Shown here in pieces: positions 10,019 through 18,556 of a stretch of 64,000 nucleotides of DNA. This DNA comes from a virus, in the IMG/VR virus record IMGVR_UViG_3300028920_000037, positions 32,001-96,000 of that record, one strand, 5' to 3'. The notes beneath the pieces are model-generated. The model worked only from the letters and a program-made list of their open reading frames with translations, searched no databases and had not been told where the DNA came from. The position numbers were made by a program, and so were the translations under genes. Numbering within the stretch: position 1 is the first letter of the stretch; each line of letters starts with the position of its first letter.

Positions 10019-10669
10019 ATGGACCAGAGTGATATCGACTGTCAGTACTGTGGGAAAGAGTTCAAATCATTGAACTCGTTGCGTATTCATACGAGTAAAC
10101 TTCACAAGAAGTCATCGGAGCAGGTCTATATCGACATGTTCTGCGATGGAAAACATCCAACATGCAAGTGTGGATGTGGTCAATCGACGAAGTTTTGGAC
10201 TTTACAACGTGGATTTGCTGATTTTGTTCGTGGCCATCAGTCTCGTGTCAAAAACAACTGGGGACACAACAAGGAAGCGCTCGAACGTTCGCAGCAGGCA
10301 CGCCGTGAGATGCATGATCGTGGTGAGATCAAAATCTGGAATCGTGGTAAAACAAAAGAAACAGATGATCGTATTGTGGCGTATGGAGAAAAGCTAAAGG
10401 AAACATTTAAGGTTGATGTTTGTGAACGACAAAAACGTTCACAACGAATGACAAAGAATCGCTTAACAAAGATCGTGCCAGATTTAAAGGGTAAAAATCA
10501 TCCTCAATGGAAAGGCGGTGTTTCCGCTCTTCAGCCTATCGTTCGTGCTCGTCTTCATTTGTCTTGGGTCTATCCGATCCTCAAGCGTGATCAGTTTACA
10601 TGTCAACGTTGTGGATCAACGAAGGAACTTTGCGTTCATCATTCTGGCGTAAGATTCCCTCGCCCGTGA
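10019..10669 (+). pseudogene. HNH homing endonuclease, truncated within the HNH domain
   Basis: CQYC..H...H, CKCGCG, WNRGKTKETDDR, GKNHPQWKGG, RDQFTCQRCG...VHH, then a stop before the N/CxxCH half. Confidence 0.7.
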
Positions 10670-10912
10670 AGTTCGCGACCCAATACGGTTTCCCTCTGGG
10701 CGGGTCCCTCCTTGAGATTGAGCCGATCGAGGGCGAGTCCACCCTGTTTCGGGTCGACATACGTGCGTTCAACTTTCTGCGCCTTCCTGCCGAGCAAGTT
10801 GAGAATCGCGCGAGAACCTATTGGTCAGGTGTCACTATTAGACATGATCCACTAAACATTGAAGTTCTTCTTGAAGGATCATTTGTGATTCGTTCGATTC
10901 AATATTTACAAC

Positions 10913-11131
10913 ATGGACCTCCTCATTGAATACATCAAGGAGATCGTATCGATCCTACAAGAGTATCAACGCAAAGAGGATGTCATGCAGATGCTTCAGG
11001 CTGACATCGCAAGCAGGATTAAAGCCGGCGAGATCTCTGACGATGAAGGCGTTCGAGAGTATGTTGCGACCGTGCAGATGGCTGCGAACGCACTAAAGGA
11101 TGTCCCACTCATGGCGTTCAAGGTTCGTTGA
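10913..11131 (+). CDS. Small putative virion protein (apparently leaderless)
   Basis: ATATTTA at 10902-10908, 4 nt before the ATG; N-terminus MDLLIEYIKEIV. Confidence 0.55.
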   Translation: MDLLIEYIKEIVSILQEYQRKEDVMQMLQADIASRIKAGEISDDEGVREYVATVQMAANALKDVPLMAFKVR

Positions 11132-11319
11132 AGGGTCATTGAGGCCCACAGGGCGCTCACGGTTTATTCTACGCTCGTCAGATGGATTGTTCCATTGGTC
11201 AGGGATTGGTTTATCTGGTGGGCTCGAGTTAGCATATTTGTTGTCTGACTTGTGATAGCATGCGTATTTACGCCTCGGGTCGGGTTGCTTACAATTGCGA
11301 AGGCTCAAGAGGAAATCAC

Positions 11320-12285
11320 ATGTCAGACGACCGAAAGTCAAAGAACGAAGTTTTTCAAGGCGGCAAGGGTGAAGTTCCGCCTGCGGTACAGCAGCACATC
11401 GAAGCAATCTCAAAGATGTCAGGCGACGGTGACACGCCTGCGGCGGCACCTGCTCCTCGACCTGTGATCAGGACACCTGACGGAGTTGGTGCCAACGAGA
11501 ACATCATGGACATGTTGCAGAGGGACTTTGGAATCAAGATCCCGACAGAATCTGTCCCGCTACCTTCGCGAGGCCTGCTCTACCCACCGCAGCATCCGTT
11601 TCACAGGCGAGAGGTCGTTGACATCAAGATGATGACAGCTGTCGAGGAAGACATCCTCACCAGCCAGTCGCTCCTCAAGAAGGGGACGGTCATCACCGAG
11701 CTGATCAAGTCGTGTCTCGTCGACAACGTGAACCCGAACGACCTCCTTTCCGGCGATCGCAACGCGCTTATGATCGCAATCAGGATCACAGGCTACGGCG
11801 CGAGGTACGACGGAGAGGTCACGTGTTCAGAGTGTGGTGCAAAGACCCCTCGGGACTTCAACCTCGCAGACCTCGACATCAAATCCCTGAAGATCGAACC
11901 AGCAGTTGAAGGTCAGAACGTCTTTGACTTCAAGCTTCCCAGGCTCAAGGCACCCGTACAGTTCAGGTTCCTCACCGGACGTGACGAGGAGGACATCCTC
12001 AAGACGTCAGAGCGTCAGAAGAAGCTAGGTATCTCTCAGGACAACCTTGTCACGACAAACCTCATCCACAGCATCGTTTCCGTGAACGGTGTCGATGATA
12101 GAGCAAAGCTTTCTCACTTCGTCAGGATGATGCCGGCGAGCGATTCAAACGACCTGCGTAGGTACATCAAGGAGAACGAGCCTGGTGTTGACATGAAGGT
12201 CGAATCGGAGTGCAAGGCCTGTGGCCACGTCGAGGAGGTAGCGATGCCGATCGGCGTGACGTTTCTTTGGCCTAACGCCGAGTGA
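11320..12285 (+). CDS. Baseplate hub/tail assembly chaperone (T4 gp26-like)
   Basis: Likely start ATG 11320 after GAGG. VPLPSRGLLYP, MTAVEEDILT, DLLSGDRNALMIAIRITGYG, two CxxC, ends TFLWP; lies between tube and tape measure. Confidence 0.8.
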   Translation: MSDDRKSKNEVFQGGKGEVPPAVQQHIEAISKMSGDGDTPAAAPAPRPVIRTPDGVGANENIMDMLQRDFGIKIPTESVPLPSRGLLYPPQHPFHRREVVDIKMMTAVEEDILTSQSLLKKGTVITELIKSCLVDNVNPNDLLSGDRNALMIAIRITGYGARYDGEVTCSECGAKTPRDFNLADLDIKSLKIEPAVEGQNVFDFKLPRLKAPVQFRFLTGRDEEDILKTSERQKKLGISQDNLVTTNLIHSIVSVNGVDDRAKLSHFVRMMPASDSNDLRRYIKENEPGVDMKVESECKACGHVEEVAMPIGVTFLWPNAE

Positions 12286-12538
12286 TAAGGAAGATGTCTA
12301 CTTAGAACCCGCCTTCATGCTGATGTACTACGGCGGGTTCCTCTGGTCAGAGTACCAGAGGTTGCCTGTCATCTACAAGAGATGGTTCGCTGAACGTCTC
12401 GTCAAGGAGATCAATAGATCCAGCGAGGAAGGTGATGCAACGCAGTCACGAGCTGCACACCACAATTCCCCCGAACAGCGCGCGCTGCAGAACAGAGTCC
12501 GCCAGCAGTCACCTGCGAGGCTGAGGCGCTTTACATGA
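12263..12538 (+). CDS. C-terminal extension of the tail chaperone, probably reached by +1 frameshift (G/GT-like)
   Basis: The +1 frame opens just after TGA 12257-12259 and reads FFGLTPSDKEDVYLEPAFMLMYYGGF...LPVIYKRWFAERL. No SD before ATG 12317. Confidence 0.6.
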   Translation, partial: FFGLTPSDKEDVYLEPAFMLMYYGGFLWSEYQRLPVIYKRWFAERLVKEINRSSEEGDATQSRAAHHNSPEQRALQNRVRQQSPARLRRFT

Positions 12539-12557
12539 GATAGTTACTTGAAGCGCC

Positions 12558-12815
12558 ATGAAAGAAATGAGCAACAAGGCTCGCATCCTAAATGCAGCAG
12601 CGGGCACATGGGTCTTCGGGGGTCAAGACATCGGGTTCACCGGGAACAAACGACAGGTTGAGGTTGCATTAAAGGCGACAATCGCCACACGTAGGTTCAA
12701 GGATGAGCTTGAAAGATCGGGGGCGACCACGCGTTCGATCATGGAAGCACTTCACAGGAAGCACGAGGCATCCCGAGAGTTTGAGAGAGAGTTTGGAGTG
12801 AAGTGGCTGCTGTGA
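12558..12815 (+). CDS. Hypothetical tail-region protein
   Basis: 85-aa ORF with ATAGTTA at 12540-12546, directly before the tape measure. Confidence 0.6.
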   Translation: MKEMSNKARILNAAAGTWVFGGQDIGFTGNKRQVEVALKATIATRRFKDELERSGATTRSIMEALHRKHEASREFEREFGVKWLL

Positions 12816-12829
12816 GGTAAGTACAGAAC

Positions 12830-15800
12830 GTGGCAGTCGATCCCAAAGAACTGAGAGAGGTCGCAAAGGCCGCTGATGCCGCTGCTGATAACATCAGAAG
12901 CGCAACTGAAGCGTTGTCTGAGCAGGCGTCTGTCGTCGCATCGCTTACAGAGGCCTACAAGGCGTTCTCATCGGCAGAGGTGACGCAGCAGGTCGTTGAT
13001 CTGACGTCTGCGCTACGTGATCTGTCTCCGATCGCTGATGAGGTCGCAAAGAGGACAAAATCAACGTCATCCTCTCTGAGGACGATGTCAAAGAACGTCG
13101 AAGGCGTAGACGCGACCGTAACGACGCTTACGGGTAGGATGAAGGACCTTTCATCCGCATTGCTTGGGCTAAATAAGGACGCCCAAGACGGGATGTTCGA
13201 TCCCAAGAAGATCAAGGATCTGAACGACGACCAGTCGAAGATGCAGAAGACCCTTGTATCCATACATGACACCCTCAAGGACATGAAGGACAATGTCGAA
13301 GGGTTTGGTAAGGGTGTCATCGACTCTGCACGCAGTGTCAAGGACCTCGGGAATACGCAGGGCATGCTCAACGACATGTCTGACAGCATTCTCGGGACGA
13401 GCGACGCGCTCAAGGAAACGAAAACGTCGTCAGAACAAACTGGATCATCGCTGCGGGGTCTAGAGACGAGCCTGCTCGCTGCAGCAGCAACGGGAAATAC
13501 GTTTACAGGCGCGTTGCTCGGGATAGCAACAGAGTCCAAGCTCGGTCAAAGGGCCTTGAAGTGGCTTGGTAATACGGCGTCAAAGCCGCTTACGGCGGGC
13601 ATAGGTGCGGCGATTGGCGCTGTCACAGGTCTGACTTCGGGCCTGATGGGAATCGCACGAGCGACAAAGACGGTCGGCGGATTCTTTGCAAACATGATCG
13701 GCTGGGCGTTCAAGCTCGGCGCAGCAATCATAGCAATCCCAGTCAGGTTCCTTGGTGGACTCGTTGAGATGGCGGCGTCGATGAACATGGGCGCCGCCGA
13801 ATACCTGCGACAGATCGAAGAAGTCAGAGACAAGTTCGGTAACTTCCGCGTGGGTCAGTCGCAGGCGATCAAGGAGATGCAGAAGTCGTTCGCCAAGACT
13901 ACTGAAACTGGCTTGAACGCGTATCGCATCTATGGCTACCTTCACGAGCGCCTGAAGATGATCACCGAGCTCGTTGAAGGTCTTGGCGCCACGTGGGGTG
14001 TCTTCCAGGATGAGTTTGCCCGAGACGGGTTCCTACAGGCAAAGAGGATCGATGAGTTTAGGATGGGCCTCGGTCTTTCTCATGAGCAGTTGAAGTCGAC
14101 GCTCATGATGTCAAAGGCAATGGGTAAGTCTGCTGGCGGCACGCTTACTGACCTGACGAAGCACGTCAAGGGATATGCAAAGACGCTGAACATCAGCCAC
14201 AAGACTTTGACTCGCGACATCGCTGATGCATTGAAGGACGCGGGCAGGTTCGGTGGAATAGCGATCCAGGCGATCGCAAGGGCGTCTGCGTACGCACGGG
14301 CGTTGGGCCACGAGCTCAAAGAGATTGCAGGCGTCCTTGACGCGTTCGAAACGTTTGACACAGCGGCAGAAGGCGCTGCAAAGCTCGCGCAATCGTTCGG
14401 TGCGACGGTAGACGCGTTCAAGCTCGTATCAGCTCAGTCACCTGATGAGATGATCCAGCACCTCCGTGATTCGTTCTTTGCGGCTGGCAAGTCCGCAGAA
14501 AACCTCACGCGACAGGAATTGAAGCTACTGTCTCAGCAGACAGGATTAAACGAAGAGGTCGCCAGGTCGGTTTTCTCGATGCAGAACCAGGGTCGTTCCG
14601 TCGACGAGCTGAAGAAGAAGCAGGAAGAGCAGGAGAACGCGCAGGTCACTCAAGCCAAGGCGCTGCGCTCTCTCGCTGATGACATCAAGCGTCTCGTGAA
14701 GGAGATGCAGCCCCTAAAGAAGTCATTCGTCAGCATGTTCATCGACGGTATGAAGAAGGGCGTGATGCGTTCGAAGGAGTTCCTCGGTCTGATGTTCAAG
14801 ATCAGGAGGGGACTGATTCTTACGTGGCGCGAGGGTTTCAAGCTCGGTCGAGTGATCATCGGGCAGGTGCCCGCATTGAAGAAACTCTTTGAAGGCCTGC
14901 ACGCGTTCTTTGACCCGTCGAAGTACAAGAACCTTGCAGCAAAGATGAGGCACATCCTCCTTGATTTCTTCAAGGGCAACGGCGGTGTGTCCGACATGCT
15001 TCACAAGGCACAGGAGGCGTTTACCCATTTCTTCAACATCCAGAACCCTGCAGCAAAGAAGATGATCGAGGGCGCCAAGATGATCATGAAGCGAGTTGCC
15101 GCCGCGATCGCTGAGGGTATCACATGGGTGTCTCAACAGCTCGTCGTCGGTTTAAAGTACATCGCTGGACTCATCTCAGGGAAGAATTCGGGTGACCTTG
15201 CGCTTGCAGGAACGTTCGGTGGTCAGGCGCTTGGGTTCCTGTACGACATCCTCAAGCCGGTGATAGACGCTGTCGTTGATGCTGCTCCGCTCCTATTGAA
15301 TGCGCTAGTCGATCTCATTGTTGTCGCCGGCCAGCGCCTGTGGACAGAGGTCAAGAAGGACCCCGTAAGAGGGATCCTCATAACGACAGCAAAGTACCTT
15401 GCGACTGGACTTGCGATTGCGATCGGCACAAAGATGCTGATGGGAATGGTTGCTGGCGCAATGACGTCTCTTGTCGTCGGTGGCATCAACAAGATGATCA
15501 CAGGCCCAGGGAGTAAGGCAATCTCGTCAGCGGGTTCGAGCCTAGCGTCTAAGTCAGCAAAGGCAGCAAGCGCAATGCCGAAGGGTGGCGCGGCGCTTGG
15601 ACACCAGACGGGTGGAATCATCGGAGGATGGGTCACAGCTGCAAAGCGTGCAAGGAAGGTGACGATACCAGGTCTTGTCAAGCTGTTCCTTGTTATCGCG
15701 ACTATCGGTGCTGGCCTCGGTGCTGGTGTCTACCTCCTCGCAAAGGGTTTGAAGGTCGCGTTGGCTGAACTGAAGCCCGCTCTTCAGACACCTGGTGATG

Positions 15801-18250
15801 TCGTTGCAATGATTTCTCTTGTCACGACGATGCTCGTCGGTTCTACGCTCGCTGCAAACGCAGCAAAGGCCGTCAAGCCGACATACATGTTGAAGATGAG
15901 CCTCGTTTTGGTCGCCGTCGGCGCAGCACTCGCTGTCGGCGGTGTCATGCTTGCCAAGGGCGTCAAGCAGATGGTCAAGGAACTCGGCGGCGTTTCGATC
16001 GTTGAGATGGGTAAGGTCATGATCGGCCTCGCGGGATTCATGGCGTTGACTGTCGGCGTTGCTGCGGGTGCTGCACTGGTTGGTAAGATCGGAGATCCGA
16101 CGAGCATCGCGATCGGTGGCCTTGTCATCGGTGTATTGGGAGTCTTCATGGTCGGCCTTCTTGTGCTGATCGGTGGCGTCGTTGCAACAATGAAGAAGTG
16201 GGGCGTGTCTGCTCAGGCGATGCTCGCTGCAACGAAGGCGATGCAGGCACTTGCAATGACGATGCTCATAATGATACCTGTCGTGCTCGCTGCAACTGCG
16301 CTCGGTGCCGCGATCGTCGCGACAAGCGGCGTCCTGGCCGTCGCAATGGCTGCAGGGTTGCAGGTTATCGCTGCCGGTGTGGCATCGCTCGCTGCGATGG
16401 CAATGTCTATCACCAAGGACCTGAACAACATGAAGGAGGCACCTGGCCTCGAGCGCAAAGCGCAGGTGTTCACGTCGGTGATGGGCGCGATCAACAACAT
16501 GGTCAGCATCCTTGCAAAGATCATGAAGGAGATGTCACCAGGCCTGACCGACCTCGTCAATGTTTTGAGGGGCGGTGACATCGACTCGCGCATCAAGAGC
16601 ACGACCAAGTTTATTGAGATCCTTTTACCAGAGATTCGCAGCATCGTCAAGCAGGTCATGACGGTGATCAAGGACCTTTCGAGCGGTCCCGATACGATGC
16701 TGAAGGGTGCGGAAATCTTTGCAAACATCCTTCAGGCTCTCGGTACCTTTACTCAGGCACTGGTTCCTCCAAAGGAACTTATGGAGAAAAAGACCGTCAA
16801 GTACGGGATCCTTGCCAATGAGATATCAACTGTAACGTCCTCTGCGTCTAACTTCACGGAAAAGATTTCTGGGTCTGTGAAGGAATTCATGGGTCAGATC
16901 ATTGGATTCATCAAAGAGATCACGACGTTGCCGATCTCCGATGAGATGCTCCAGCAAGGAATTCCGGCGATCACAAACATCTTGAGGGCTACGGCCGGCC
17001 TGATGTCAGCGTTGGTCCCTGACGCGAATACACTTCAGCAGTTTAGAGAGACAAGAGAGGCGTCGTCTAAAATCGGTATCATGGTTGATGAACACAAGAA
17101 CATCACTAAGACGCTGAACGTCGGTGCGCTCAAGAACATGCTCGACAGTACAAAGGAGAACTTTAAGGAACTGATCAAGTTCCTTACGAACGCAAGCTTC
17201 ACAAAGTTCCTGAACGACGCTGCGAAAGTTGCAGACAACGAGACAAAGATCAAGTCACTGTCCGCGGTCGGAAACATCATGGGTGCCATCGCGTCTGTAA
17301 TTCAGTCGCTTGCGAAGGCTGGCAGGCAGCAGAGCGTCGGAAACATTGACGCGTCTGGTGAGGGAGCGAACGTAATCATCAGGTTCCCAAAGACTGAAGG
17401 TATCAATACAACATTGAAGGAACTTTCAAAGGATCAAGGTGGCATCGCAAAGATGTTCAACCTCATCAAGAAGCTGTCAAAGGGGCTCAGCGTTGACGAA
17501 AAGCTTCAAAGCGATCTTGAAGTTCTCGGAAAGATCTTTGCGTCGATAGGAGACATCTCGAAGTTTATGAGTACGGTCTCTGCGCTGTCAAAGGGCAAAA
17601 AGGTTGCAGGGGTTACAGAGGACGCACTTAAGAAGGTTGTTGCTCCGGTGAAGCTGCTGGGAAGCTTCATCGACCAGCTTGCCGGTTCAGGTAGCGCATC
17701 GATCTCAAAGATCATCGACAAGGTTAAGACCGTTTCAGTCGGCGGCGAAGGCAGCACCGCGGCAATCGAAAACATGGCAAAGATGACAGGTGTCATCAAA
17801 CAGGCGGACGAGATGCTAGGACAGGTCCAGAGGATCGCCGGAAGGTCATTCAAGAAGGACATCGTTGAAAAGGGGCTTGTACCTGCGCTTGAAGCTGTTG
17901 GTAAGATGGTCGAATCTGTCAATGAAATGAACAAGGCATTGAGCAGTGTTCAGGCCGGTAAGGCGAAGGTCGAGGTTGGCCTACGCAAGGTTGCAGGCGA
18001 GATGGGTGTCGGCGGAAAGGCAAACTATTCGATTCGTAACAACCCGATCAACATACACCTTGCGATCCAGGTTGAGATGCAGGCCGCTGAGCTCGAAAGG
18101 GTCATCGTGTTCAGGAAGGACAGCGTGATCAGGGACCAATTGAAGTGGGTACGTGGTTCGGAACTTCGTGAGGACAAGGGACCTTGGACACGCGATCAGG
18201 CAGACCTCGATGGACCTGGAAAGAACTACATCAGGCACACCGCGAATTGA
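12830..18250 (+). CDS. Tape measure protein
   Basis: 1806 aa, Ala/Gly/Lys-rich and helical with a long central hydrophobic region; canonical position after tube and chaperones. Confidence 0.85.
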   Translation: MAVDPKELREVAKAADAAADNIRSATEALSEQASVVASLTEAYKAFSSAEVTQQVVDLTSALRDLSPIADEVAKRTKSTSSSLRTMSKNVEGVDATVTTLTGRMKDLSSALLGLNKDAQDGMFDPKKIKDLNDDQSKMQKTLVSIHDTLKDMKDNVEGFGKGVIDSARSVKDLGNTQGMLNDMSDSILGTSDALKETKTSSEQTGSSLRGLETSLLAAAATGNTFTGALLGIATESKLGQRALKWLGNTASKPLTAGIGAAIGAVTGLTSGLMGIARATKTVGGFFANMIGWAFKLGAAIIAIPVRFLGGLVEMAASMNMGAAEYLRQIEEVRDKFGNFRVGQSQAIKEMQKSFAKTTETGLNAYRIYGYLHERLKMITELVEGLGATWGVFQDEFARDGFLQAKRIDEFRMGLGLSHEQLKSTLMMSKAMGKSAGGTLTDLTKHVKGYAKTLNISHKTLTRDIADALKDAGRFGGIAIQAIARASAYARALGHELKEIAGVLDAFETFDTAAEGAAKLAQSFGATVDAFKLVSAQSPDEMIQHLRDSFFAAGKSAENLTRQELKLLSQQTGLNEEVARSVFSMQNQGRSVDELKKKQEEQENAQVTQAKALRSLADDIKRLVKEMQPLKKSFVSMFIDGMKKGVMRSKEFLGLMFKIRRGLILTWREGFKLGRVIIGQVPALKKLFEGLHAFFDPSKYKNLAAKMRHILLDFFKGNGGVSDMLHKAQEAFTHFFNIQNPAAKKMIEGAKMIMKRVAAAIAEGITWVSQQLVVGLKYIAGLISGKNSGDLALAGTFGGQALGFLYDILKPVIDAVVDAAPLLLNALVDLIVVAGQRLWTEVKKDPVRGILITTAKYLATGLAIAIGTKMLMGMVAGAMTSLVVGGINKMITGPGSKAISSAGSSLASKSAKAASAMPKGGAALGHQTGGIIGGWVTAAKRARKVTIPGLVKLFLVIATIGAGLGAGVYLLAKGLKVALAELKPALQTPGDVVAMISLVTTMLVGSTLAANAAKAVKPTYMLKMSLVLVAVGAALAVGGVMLAKGVKQMVKELGGVSIVEMGKVMIGLAGFMALTVGVAAGAALVGKIGDPTSIAIGGLVIGVLGVFMVGLLVLIGGVVATMKKWGVSAQAMLAATKAMQALAMTMLIMIPVVLAATALGAAIVATSGVLAVAMAAGLQVIAAGVASLAAMAMSITKDLNNMKEAPGLERKAQVFTSVMGAINNMVSILAKIMKEMSPGLTDLVNVLRGGDIDSRIKSTTKFIEILLPEIRSIVKQVMTVIKDLSSGPDTMLKGAEIFANILQALGTFTQALVPPKELMEKKTVKYGILANEISTVTSSASNFTEKISGSVKEFMGQIIGFIKEITTLPISDEMLQQGIPAITNILRATAGLMSALVPDANTLQQFRETREASSKIGIMVDEHKNITKTLNVGALKNMLDSTKENFKELIKFLTNASFTKFLNDAAKVADNETKIKSLSAVGNIMGAIASVIQSLAKAGRQQSVGNIDASGEGANVIIRFPKTEGINTTLKELSKDQGGIAKMFNLIKKLSKGLSVDEKLQSDLEVLGKIFASIGDISKFMSTVSALSKGKKVAGVTEDALKKVVAPVKLLGSFIDQLAGSGSASISKIIDKVKTVSVGGEGSTAAIENMAKMTGVIKQADEMLGQVQRIAGRSFKKDIVEKGLVPALEAVGKMVESVNEMNKALSSVQAGKAKVEVGLRKVAGEMGVGGKANYSIRNNPINIHLAIQVEMQAAELERVIVFRKDSVIRDQLKWVRGSELREDKGPWTRDQADLDGPGKNYIRHTAN

Positions 18251-18262
18251 TATGATTAGGGC

Positions 18263-18556
18263 ATGTTTGATGAAGACGAACTCATCAAGAGGTTCAAGCA
18301 AAACAGGCTCTATAAGGATGCGATCTCACGGTTGACGGCCGATGAAGCAAGATACGTTGAGGAAAGCGTCGAGGCGTTTTATCGTACGATGATCAGGTCA
18401 CTCGCTCCGTTCGGAGCGCGTCTTGGTTCAGACCCAGAATTTCTCAAAGGCATGCAGGAGGAGCTCGATCGTCGCGCAGGTGTAGTTACTCAGAGAAAGA
18501 GTGACGAACCTGTGTCGATGACGTCCGAAAAGGACGGCAAGAAGAGAGATGCCTGA
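18263..18556 (+). CDS. Hypothetical protein (apparently leaderless, sigma70-type -10)
   Basis: TGaTATGAT-N6-ATG; 97 aa. Confidence 0.55.
   Translation: MFDEDELIKRFKQNRLYKDAISRLTADEARYVEESVEAFYRTMIRSLAPFGARLGSDPEFLKGMQEELDRRAGVVTQRKSDEPVSMTSEKDGKKRDA

Noticed and set aside
11132-11260. Possible structured ncRNA before the chaperone gene
   Set aside because: Only short stems are present (ATGGA/TCCAT, GTCAGA/TCTGAC, a weak terminator); insufficient without covariation data.
12955-17934. Long antisense ORFs under the tape measure, sheaths and other core genes
   Set aside because: These are shadow ORFs expected from biased codon usage, with no motifs or initiation signals.
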